Position numbers and translations under genes: made by a program | Notes under the pieces: generated by a model | Told to the model about the DNA's origin: nothing | What the model saw: only the letters and a program-made list of their open reading frames with translations | Database searches by the model: none | Part shown: in pieces, positions 13,999 to 21,922 of the stretch | How the letters are laid out: the number at the start of each line of letters is the position of its first letter | Numbering within the stretch: the stretch's first letter is position 1 | Source of the DNA: Solirubrobacteraceae bacterium | GTDB lineage: Bacteria; Actinomycetota; Thermoleophilia; Solirubrobacterales; Solirubrobacteraceae | Direction: 5' to 3' | NCBI GenBank assembly: GCA_035503035.1 | Contig: DATJTS010000034.1 | Coordinates: 2,791-66,790 of the forward strand | DNA: 64,000 nt

Positions 13999-15207
13999 TC
14001 AGAGCCCGGCGGCCGCCCTGAGCTCGTCGGCGCGGTCGGTGCGCTCCCAGGTGAACTCCGGTTCCTCGCGGCCGAAATGGCCGTAGGCGGCGGTCTTCTG
14101 GTAGATCGGCCGGTGCAGGTTCAGGTACTCGCGAAAGGCGCCGGGGCGCAGGTCGAAGTGCTCGCCGATCAGCTCGGCGATCCGGGCGCGGCCGATCTTC
14201 TCGGTGCCGAACGTCTCGACCATCACCGAGACCGGGTGGGCGACGCCGATCGCATAGGCGACCTGGACCTCGGCCCGGTCGGCCAGACCGGCGGCGACGA
14301 CGTTCTTGGCCACGTAGCGAGCGGCGTAGGCGGCCGAGCGATCGACCTTGCTCGGATCCTTGCCGCTGAACGCCCCGCCGCCGTGGCGGGCCATGCCGCC
14401 GTAGGTGTCGACGATGATCTTGCGCCCGGTCAGACCGCAGTCGCCCACCGGGCCGCCGATCACGAAGCGGCCGGTCGGGTTGACCAGGAACGACTTCTGA
14501 AGCCCGGCGGCGTCATAGAGATCCTCCGGGAGGACCGGGAGAACGACGTGCTCCCACAGGTCATCCTTGATCCCAGACTCGGCGCCCTCCGCGTGCTGGG
14601 TGGAGACCAGGAGCTTCTCGATCGCGGCCGGGCGCCCATCGATGTAGCGCACCGACACCTGTGTCTTGCCGTCGGGGCGCAGGTAGCCCAGCGTGCCGTC
14701 CTTGCGCACATCCGCCAGCCGCTTGGAGAGCCGGTGCGCCAGCGCGATCGGCAGCGGCATCAGCTCCGGAGTCTCGTTGCTCGCGTAGCCGAACATCATC
14801 CCCTGATCGCCCGCGCCCGCCACGTCGAGCTCGTCCTCGTCGCTCAAGTCGCTGCGGCGCTCATACGCGTTGTCGACTCCCTGGGCGATATCGGGCGACT
14901 GCTTGTCGATCGCGTTCAGCACCGCGCACGAATCCGCGCTGAAACCCAGGTCTGCATCCGTGTAACCGATCGCGCGGATCGTCTCTCGTGCGATCTCCTG
15001 AATGTCGACGTACGTCGAGGTCGTGATCTCACCGGAGACCACCACCAGGCCGGTGTTGACCAGCGTCTCGCAGGCCACACGGCCTGTTGGGTCATCGGCG
15101 AGCACGGCGTCAAGCACGCCATCGGAGATCTGATCGGCCACCTTGTCGGGGTGACCTTCTGTGACCGATTCGGAGGTGAACAGGAACTCGTGCTCTGAGA
15201 AGCTCAT
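13999..15207 (-). CDS. metK: S-adenosylmethionine synthetase
   Basis: [35 protein letters not shown]. Confidence 0.98.
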   Translation of the reverse strand: MSFSEHEFLFTSESVTEGHPDKVADQISDGVLDAVLADDPTGRVACETLVNTGLVVVSGEITTSTYVDIQEIARETIRAIGYTDADLGFSADSCAVLNAIDKQSPDIAQGVDNAYERRSDLSDEDELDVAGAGDQGMMFGYASNETPELMPLPIALAHRLSKRLADVRKDGTLGYLRPDGKTQVSVRYIDGRPAAIEKLLVSTQHAEGAESGIKDDLWEHVVLPVLPEDLYDAAGLQKSFLVNPTGRFVIGGPVGDCGLTGRKIIVDTYGGMARHGGGAFSGKDPSKVDRSAAYAARYVAKNVVAAGLADRAEVQVAYAIGVAHPVSVMVETFGTEKIGRARIAELIGEHFDLRPGAFREYLNLHRPIYQKTAAYGHFGREEPEFTWERTDRADELRAAAGL

Positions 15208-15324
15208 GGACGCGGCTGCCTTTGCGTGCGGGTTGTCAGCGGCTGATGTGCATTGGATCAGCGTGTGAGGGTAGGGCCTCCTCATCGGTTGTGGCAGTGG
15301 GAGGGCCGACTACCCTCGATGCAC
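15208..15324 (-). promoter_or_regulatory. structured metK leader, candidate SAM-clan riboswitch variant
   Basis: Nested inverted repeats (GTGCAT/ATGCAC, GAGGGTAG/CTACCCTC, GCTGAT/ATCAGC) and CAUC-GAG...CAACC motifs directly 5' of metK. Confidence 0.4.
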
Positions 15325-15383
15325 GGGACCGCCGGCGCGGACCGGGCGCGCGCCGCGGAGCGCTTTGGATGGACATGATCCGC

Positions 15384-16748
15384 ATGCTGAGACGAGCCCT
15401 GCCGTTGCTCGCCGCCTGCCTGTCGGCAGCGGCGCTGTGCGGCTGCGGCTCCACCCGTCACCGCGGCCATCACGTGACGCCGCCGGTGCCGGCGACCGGA
15501 GCCGGCAATCACAACGTCACCTACGGGATGGGCGACGCCCAGGGGCAGTTCGCCAGCTGCGTCACCGGCAACCCGTCCTGCTGCTCGGCGCAGCGTGCGC
15601 ACTGCGCGCTCTCCCAGATGAGCGGGTACTTCGACAACCCGCTGTTCCTGAAGCTGCTCACCCCGTCCAGCGCGCACCGGGTGCGAGACGTGCGGTTCTT
15701 CGTCGACTACGACGCGGTGGAGACGTGGAACGGCTCCACCACCGCCCCCGGGTGCGCATACTCGCCGACGGTCGACCGGCCCTACTACGACATCGCCAAC
15801 GGCTGGCACACCGCCGCGTTGTCGATCGACGACCTGGTGGCGGGGGTGATCGAGGCCCGCGCCGAGGGCCTGACCCCGGTCGTCTCGGTCGAGGGATTCT
15901 CCTACGCGTCGGCGACCCCTCCCGGGGACGCGCCGTTCCCGGATCCGACCACCACCGCCGGCTACTGGGACTACCGCTGCGGGCTGCAGGGGATCCTGGG
16001 CGTGATGGGCCGGCTGCCGGCCTGGGAGCAGCCGCACGTCTGGGAGGCGCTCAACGAGCCCGAAGGGTTCCAGATCTTCCGCAGCACCGACGGCCAGGAG
16101 GCGTCCGGTTGCCCGGTCGGCGCCTCGCCACAGCCGAACGGGCCCGCGAAGGCGGCCTGTGTCGAGATGATCGCCAGCCACGTCATCCATGGGTACGCCG
16201 ACCACGAACACGACACCGTGATCGCCGGGACGTTCAGGCACCCCTACACCGGCTATCTCGCGCCCTACGTGCGCCAACTGGAGAAGGTGATGCCCGGCGC
16301 CGCGTTCCCGCGGACCTGGTCGGTGCACGACTACCGCGAGGTCACCGACGCGTACTCCGGAGTCAGCCCGAGCGAGCTGGCCTCGTTCGACCGAGCGCTC
16401 GCCCGCGACACCGAGGGCCGGGCGCGGAGCCTGTGGGTCACCGAGGCCGGGACGGTGCTCACCTCGGAGCTACGCGGCGGCGATTGCCCGGCGGTCGGCG
16501 TCGACCGGGCCGGCACGCTCGGCGCCTGCATCAGCGGTCAGCCCGACCGCCAGGCCGCCGATGCGACCGCCTTCTTCAACCTCCCCGACGTCGCCTCGGC
16601 GGTCCCGATCACACACCTGTTCTGGTACCAGTTCCAGGGCGCGCCCAACTGGGACTCGGGGCTGGTCGACGCCACGGGCCAGCCTCGCGCGTCGTACTGC
16701 GTGTTCTACGGACAGGGCACCTGCAACGGGAACGCGAACGCGTCCTGA
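15384..16748 (+). CDS. lipoprotein, putative clan GH-A glycoside hydrolase
   Basis: Lipobox-like ALCGC; WEALNEP (acid/base), SVHDY, LWVTEAG (nucleophile), FWYQ, DSGL; start uncertain (15369-15384). Confidence 0.7.
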   Translation: MLRRALPLLAACLSAAALCGCGSTRHRGHHVTPPVPATGAGNHNVTYGMGDAQGQFASCVTGNPSCCSAQRAHCALSQMSGYFDNPLFLKLLTPSSAHRVRDVRFFVDYDAVETWNGSTTAPGCAYSPTVDRPYYDIANGWHTAALSIDDLVAGVIEARAEGLTPVVSVEGFSYASATPPGDAPFPDPTTTAGYWDYRCGLQGILGVMGRLPAWEQPHVWEALNEPEGFQIFRSTDGQEASGCPVGASPQPNGPAKAACVEMIASHVIHGYADHEHDTVIAGTFRHPYTGYLAPYVRQLEKVMPGAAFPRTWSVHDYREVTDAYSGVSPSELASFDRALARDTEGRARSLWVTEAGTVLTSELRGGDCPAVGVDRAGTLGACISGQPDRQAADATAFFNLPDVASAVPITHLFWYQFQGAPNWDSGLVDATGQPRASYCVFYGQGTCNGNANAS

Positions 16749-16787
16749 GCGGTTGGGCGGGCGGCGACGTGGGCGGCCCGCGCGCGG

Positions 16788-17441
16788 TCAGCTCTCGGGC
16801 TGCCATCCGCTGAGCACCCAGCGTCGTCCGACGAGCGTCACCGTCGCCACCGACACGTGCCACTCGGGCGCCAAGCCGCGATACGCGGCGTCATCGGCCG
16901 CGCTGGTGTGCTCGCGGGTGACGACCGCATATTGGTGCGGGCTGCCGCTGAGCGCGCCAACGGCCTCGACCGTGCCCGCGTTGGCGATCTGGCCGCGGTG
17001 CAGCTCCCGGTCGGCGGCGACCTCACGGGCCTGGAGCTCCAGCGTGGCGCGCGCCTGACCGACGCTGCGACGGGCGAGCGCCTGCAGTCGCGCGGACACG
17101 GTGGCGGCGGTCCAGTTGACGTACGCAGCGGCGAACGCGCGCACGGCCTGCTCGGGCGTGGCCCAGCCGTTCGGCACGCGCTCGCGCGGCGCGGGGGTCG
17201 GGACCTCGTGGGTGCGGTCGGCGCGGGCGACCGTCCGGGCGGCGGCGCGCCGCGCGGCAGACACCGAGCCCGCGCCGGGCCGGGCGCTTGAGGGCCGGGC
17301 GCTTGAGGGCCGGGCGCTGGAGGGCCCGGCGCTCGAGGGCCCGGCTCCCGGGGCCCCGCCGCCGAGCACGGCGCACTCGGAGAGCCCCGCCGCCAGCAGC
17401 AGCGCGAGCGCGAGTGCGAACGCGTGCCGGCGCCGGCTCAC
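16788..17441 (-). CDS. membrane-anchored hypothetical protein (TcpC/VirB8- or Mce-associated-like NTF2 fold suspected)
   Basis: N-terminal TM, repeat linker, 'AVRAFAAAYVNW' helix and C-terminal 'RWVLSGW' strand; overlaps upstream gene by 4 bp. Confidence 0.6.
   Translation of the reverse strand: MSRRRHAFALALALLLAAGLSECAVLGGGAPGAGPSSAGPSSARPSSARPSSARPGAGSVSAARRAAARTVARADRTHEVPTPAPRERVPNGWATPEQAVRAFAAAYVNWTAATVSARLQALARRSVGQARATLELQAREVAADRELHRGQIANAGTVEAVGALSGSPHQYAVVTREHTSAADDAAYRGLAPEWHVSVATVTLVGRRWVLSGWQPES
17277..17345. repeat. 15-bp tandem repeat (~4.6 copies) encoding PSSAR/PSSAG
   Basis: GGGCCGGGCGCTTGA-type units at 17277, 17292, 17307, 17322, partial at 17337. Confidence 0.85.
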
Positions 17442-18535
17442 AGCCCCGCCGGATGTCGTGCCACGAAACCATCGTCCTCACGCACGAGCGGATGCCAGCC
17501 GATCCCCGTGGTTCCGTCGTCTGGCCCGGCGGCGTTGTGGGTGTCCCACCGCAGACCCGCGACGTACATGAACACGTGCTCGGGACTGGCGTAGAGCGTC
17601 ACCCAGCGTCCGGGCCCGGGCTCGCCCCAGCTCATGAGGGTCGAGGAGTCGGCGTCGAAGTCGACCGGCACGAGGCCGCCGCCGTACAGGAGGTGGGCGA
17701 CGCTCGACGAGCAGTCGTAGGTGGAGGCGATCTGGTCGAGCGGGATCCCGTGTCCGCCGCCGTACTGGTAGGGCGTGCCGACGATCTGGTTGCCGGCGGC
17801 GATGATGCCGCGAACCGCGGCGGGAGCCCCGGCAGGCGCCGCGGCCAGCCCGTCGGACAACAACTGCGCCCGTGGCCCGGAGGTGACCGGCGCCGGGGTC
17901 GATCCGACCGCCGGCGCCCCGCACACCCCGCTTGGGACCGCGCCGCCGGTCGAACCGTCGAGCGAGATCTCGGCGGCGTCGCCGAGCAGCGGGCCGGCGC
18001 CGCTGGCCGGCGGTCGCGCGACCCGGACCGCGCCTGACCAGCGCCCGTCCTCGTAGGGGATGCGCAGCGCCCCGGCAAGCTCCCACCACAGATCGATGTC
18101 CCGCGGCAGGCCGTCGACCGGACCGCCCCCGAGCCCGATGTCGCGCTTGTAGGCGATCACCGAACGCGCACCCCAGCTGATCCGAAGCGGGGTGTCGTAC
18201 GGGAGCCCGCCCATCGCGGTCGCGGTCTGGAACGTGGTCCCACCCAGCTCCGCAAAGCTGTCCGGATGGGTGTCGAGATCGACCCCCGAGGCGCCGACCG
18301 AGCCGCTGCTGGGATCGCCGGGTCCGCCGTACTCGGTGGCGCCGACCCGCTCGCCCGCGCCTGGACCGAGCGGTGCCGATGCACTCGAACCTCCCGGGCA
18401 CGAGCTGCGCCCGACCGATCCGCCAAGGCCGACAAGGAACAGCGGACCGAGCCCGGCGGCGAGCAGCGCGCCCAGGACCGTCGCCACGGCCGGGCCCAGG
18501 TGCGAGCGGCGATCGGAGGGCGCGGCGACGGTCAT
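17438..18535 (-). CDS. peptidoglycan hydrolase: RlpA-like double-psi barrel plus NlpC/P60 domain
   Basis: TM anchor; ATEYGG..LPYDTPLRI..KRDIG..RDIDLW (DPBB-like); PYQYGGGH..YDCSSSV..HVFM (NlpC/P60 Cys/His). Confidence 0.75.
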   Translation of the reverse strand: MTVAAPSDRRSHLGPAVATVLGALLAAGLGPLFLVGLGGSVGRSSCPGGSSASAPLGPGAGERVGATEYGGPGDPSSGSVGASGVDLDTHPDSFAELGGTTFQTATAMGGLPYDTPLRISWGARSVIAYKRDIGLGGGPVDGLPRDIDLWWELAGALRIPYEDGRWSGAVRVARPPASGAGPLLGDAAEISLDGSTGGAVPSGVCGAPAVGSTPAPVTSGPRAQLLSDGLAAAPAGAPAAVRGIIAAGNQIVGTPYQYGGGHGIPLDQIASTYDCSSSVAHLLYGGGLVPVDFDADSSTLMSWGEPGPGRWVTLYASPEHVFMYVAGLRWDTHNAAGPDDGTTGIGWHPLVREDDGFVARHPAGL

Positions 18536-18664
18536 CGCCGCGACGGTAGGTCCGGCCCTCCAATCGCTCAACAACTGAGACGAAATCGTTGCAATTGAGG
18601 CCCTTGATGGGCCGGCTTGCAGGCTGGCCCGGAGCGGGTGCTGCCGCTAACGTTCAGCGTCCCC

Positions 18665-19918
18665 ATGCCTCGCATCCTGGACGTCGAAGCCGCGCTGCTC
18701 CTGCTCGAGATCGAGCCTCCCTTCGACCAGCGCGCCGTCCAGCTGGCACGCCGGCGGATGGCCAAGCGCTGGCACCCCGACATCGCGCCCCCGGGTCGCC
18801 GCCACGAGCACCAGCAGCACCTGCAGGCGATCAACGAGGCCGCCGACGAGCTCGAGCGCCTGGCCGAGGCCTCGCGCGGGGGAACGGTCAGCCGCAACGC
18901 CGTCAAGGCGTCCGCCGCTGCTACCCGCCGCGCCCGTGAGGACGCCGGGCGCCGCGCCTACGAGAACGAGCAGCGCGAGCGCGAGCAGGCAGCCGACCGG
19001 GCCAAGCACGACCCGTTCGGCTCACGCGTCCCGGACCACTCGGTGGTCCACCGCTACGCGCGCTGCGTCTCCTACCCGGAGTGGGGTGTGGGCACGGTGA
19101 CCGGCATCTACTTCTCAGGCGACGAGGAGAACTCCCAGCAGTGGGCGCGCGTCTCCTTCCAGGTCGGGGTGCGAACGATCCCCGCGGGATCGCTGCAGTT
19201 CGTCGACTTCTCGCGCCCGGACCCCGCCGCGGATCGCGTCGAGCGGTTCATGACCGCCGCCCAGCACGCGCTCGCCGAGGGCGACGCGTCGCTGGCCGCC
19301 CAGCGTCTGGTCTACGCCCGTGACGCCCAGCCGGACAATCCTGCGGTCCTGCGGCTGCTGACCGCGGCGTTCTGGCAGGCCGGGAACCTCCCGGCGGCGG
19401 CGCGCACCGTCCGCGACTGGTCGCGCGTGGAGACCGATCGACCGACGCCCGAGCGCTACGCCTCGCGCATCTACGAGGACATGGGCGCCGTCGACCTCGC
19501 CGCCGACGCCGCGCTGAAGTGCGCGGAGCGCGCGCCCGCCGATGCGTCGGCGTGGGAGCGGGTCGGGCGGCTGCGGCTGCGGCTCGGGGACCCCGGTGCG
19601 GCGATCGCCGCGCTGGAGCGCGCCCGGCTCACCGGCCCGACGCTCGAGGGGCTGCTCGACCTCGCACTCGCCTACCACCTGGCCGGTGACGTCGGCGCCG
19701 AGGTCTCGGCTGCGGAGGCCGCCACCCAGATCGACCCCGAGGCGCCGGAGGCGTGGTCGGCCTACGCCCACGCGCTCGCGCGCACCGACCGCATCTCGGA
19801 GTGCGAGGAGGCCTGCCGGCGTGCGCTGTCCTTCGGTCCCGACCCGGAGGTCGAGGACCTGCTGGCGCGGATCGACGCGGCCGCCCCGCGCGGTCTGTCC
19901 ACGCGCAGCGCCGCCTGA
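18665..19918 (+). CDS. J-domain protein with Tudor/SH3-like middle domain and TPR repeats
   Basis: AKRWHPD...AINEAADEL J-domain; YPEWGVGTV..ARVSF..GVRTI; TPR-like helices (DASAWERVG, EAWSAYAHAL). Confidence 0.85.
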   Translation: MPRILDVEAALLLLEIEPPFDQRAVQLARRRMAKRWHPDIAPPGRRHEHQQHLQAINEAADELERLAEASRGGTVSRNAVKASAAATRRAREDAGRRAYENEQREREQAADRAKHDPFGSRVPDHSVVHRYARCVSYPEWGVGTVTGIYFSGDEENSQQWARVSFQVGVRTIPAGSLQFVDFSRPDPAADRVERFMTAAQHALAEGDASLAAQRLVYARDAQPDNPAVLRLLTAAFWQAGNLPAAARTVRDWSRVETDRPTPERYASRIYEDMGAVDLAADAALKCAERAPADASAWERVGRLRLRLGDPGAAIAALERARLTGPTLEGLLDLALAYHLAGDVGAEVSAAEAATQIDPEAPEAWSAYAHALARTDRISECEEACRRALSFGPDPEVEDLLARIDAAAPRGLSTRSAA

Positions 19919-19930
19919 CCGGCCGCTTCT

Positions 19931-20248
19931 CTAGTCCGGGATCGCCTCGACCTGGTCGAGCACGCCGAGCAGCTCGCCCACGCGGCAGACGAGCAGCCGC
20001 TCCTCGTTGATCTCGACCCAGGCGCCGGCTGATGAGGGGAAGACGACGTGGTCGCCGGGCCGGACCGGCATCTTGACGCCGACGTGCTCCCACCAGTCAA
20101 GGCCCGGGCCGACGGCGAGCACGATCCCCTGCTGGGGCGGTGGCTCGTCGGAGCCCGGCGGGACGAGCAGGCCCGAGCGGCGGACGCGGTCGGGGTCGAG
20201 CTCCTTGATCACGATCCGGTCGAACAGGGGCCGTAGCTGGTCGCGCAT
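19931..20248 (-). CDS. co-chaperonin GroES-family protein (orphan paralogue)
   Basis: LRPLFDRIVIK, SGLLVP, GIVLAVGPG, VRPGDHV; no groEL adjacent. Confidence 0.85.
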   Translation of the reverse strand: MRDQLRPLFDRIVIKELDPDRVRRSGLLVPPGSDEPPPQQGIVLAVGPGLDWWEHVGVKMPVRPGDHVVFPSSAGAWVEINEERLLVCRVGELLGVLDQVEAIPD

Positions 20249-20365
20249 CGCGCAGAGGATAGGTCGCCTCGTGTTGTCGGCCTCGGCGCCCTGGGGGGAC
20301 GAAAAGATCGCACCGAGCACGGGCGCACCCGATCGCCGACCGCTGGATCCCCTACCGTGTCGGCG

Positions 20366-21055
20366 ATGCGCCTGATGGTCGCCCGTTGCTCGATCGACTA
20401 CACCGGTCGGCTCACCACCCATCTCGCCGAGGCGACGCGGCTGTTGATGACAAAGGCCGACGGAACGTTCATGGTGTGGTCGGACTACGGCGGGCAGGCG
20501 GTCAAGCCGCTGAACTGGATGACGCCGCCGACGGTGATCGACGAGCACGAGGACCGGGTGATCGTCCGCAAGTACGCGGGCAAGACCGAGGACAAGCTCG
20601 AGATCACGCTGCACGAGGTGATCTCCGACCAGACGATCGAGATGGGCTCGCCCGGCGCGGACCATGCGCTGACAAAGGACGGCGTCGAATCCGACCTCCA
20701 GGAGCTGCTCGCCGAGCAGCCGCACTGGTGCGGTGACGGCTTCCGGCTGGTGCGCCGCGAGTGGCAGACCGACATCGGACCGGTCGATCTCATGTGCCGC
20801 GATGCGGAGGACGGGTGGATCGCGGTCGAGATCAAGCGCGTGGCCGGGATCGACGCGGTCGAGCAGCTGAGCCGCTACCTGGAGCGCATTCAGCTCGACC
20901 CCGAGTTCGCGGGATGCCGCGGCGTGCTCGCCGCTCAGCAGGTCAAGCCGCAGGCGCGCGTGCTCGCCGCCGCGCGCGGGATCGAGTGGGTCGAGGTCGA
21001 TCTGGCGGTGCTGCGAGGCGAGCGCGAGCCGGACCTGAAACTCTTCGTGGCATGA
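20366..21055 (+). CDS. nucS: mismatch-specific endonuclease NucS/EndoMS
   Basis: MRLMVARCSIDYTGRL, KPLNWM, IGPVDL..VEIKR..DAVEQLSRY. Confidence 0.95.
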   Translation: MRLMVARCSIDYTGRLTTHLAEATRLLMTKADGTFMVWSDYGGQAVKPLNWMTPPTVIDEHEDRVIVRKYAGKTEDKLEITLHEVISDQTIEMGSPGADHALTKDGVESDLQELLAEQPHWCGDGFRLVRREWQTDIGPVDLMCRDAEDGWIAVEIKRVAGIDAVEQLSRYLERIQLDPEFAGCRGVLAAQQVKPQARVLAAARGIEWVEVDLAVLRGEREPDLKLFVA

Positions 21056-21822
21056 GCGACACCGACGAAGTTCTCACCGAGGTCCGGGAGAAGGTCCTCC
21101 TGATCACGATCAACCGCCCCGACCAGCGCAACGCGGTCAACGCCGCCGTGGCCAAGGGGATCGGCAAGGCGCTGGATCAGCTCGACGGTGACGACGAGCT
21201 GCTGCTCGGGATCATCACCGGCGCGGGCAAGGGGTTCTGCGCGGGCATGGACCTCAAGGCGTTCGTGGCCGGCGAGCGCCCGTGGTACAAGGACCGCGGC
21301 TTCGCGGGGATCACCAGGCGCGCCGCCGACAAGCCGCTGATCGCCGCGATCGAGGGGTTTGCCGTTGCCGGCGGCCTCGAGGTGGCGCTCGCCTGCGACC
21401 TGATCGTCTCGGCCAAGGGCGCCAAGCTCGGGATTCCGGAGGTCAAGCGCTCGCTCGTGGCTGCCGGCGGCGGGCTCCTGCGCCTGCCGAGGCTGCTGCC
21501 GCCCGCGGTCGCGATGGAGATGGCGCTCACCGGCGATCCGCTGCTCGCCGAGCGCGCCTACGAGCTGGGGATGGTCAACGCCCTGGCCGAGCCCGGCGCC
21601 GCGCTCGATGCCGCGTTCGAGCTCGCCGCACGCATCACCCCGAACGCCCCGCTCGGGATCATCGGCTCCAAGCGGATCCTGGTCGAGTCGGCGGACTGGC
21701 CGGTCGCCGAGTTCTTCGACCGACAGGAGAAGATCTCCGGGCCGATCTTCGACTCCGAGGACGCCAAGGAGGGTGCGACCGCGTTCGCGGAGAAGCGCGC
21801 CCCGATGTGGCGGGGTCGCTGA
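21052..21822 (+). CDS. enoyl-CoA hydratase/isomerase family protein
   Basis: INRPDQRNAVN, FCAGMDLK, GGLEVALACD, PEVKR. Confidence 0.92.
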   Translation: MSDTDEVLTEVREKVLLITINRPDQRNAVNAAVAKGIGKALDQLDGDDELLLGIITGAGKGFCAGMDLKAFVAGERPWYKDRGFAGITRRAADKPLIAAIEGFAVAGGLEVALACDLIVSAKGAKLGIPEVKRSLVAAGGGLLRLPRLLPPAVAMEMALTGDPLLAERAYELGMVNALAEPGAALDAAFELAARITPNAPLGIIGSKRILVESADWPVAEFFDRQEKISGPIFDSEDAKEGATAFAEKRAPMWRGR

Positions 21823-21922
21823 CCGCACAGAGGCAGGCCGAGCCGACCGCCGTCCCCGGATGATTGAGGGTTGTTGAAGAAACGGGCGGGACCGGCACTA
21901 CGGTGAGGTAGGGTCCGCCGCG

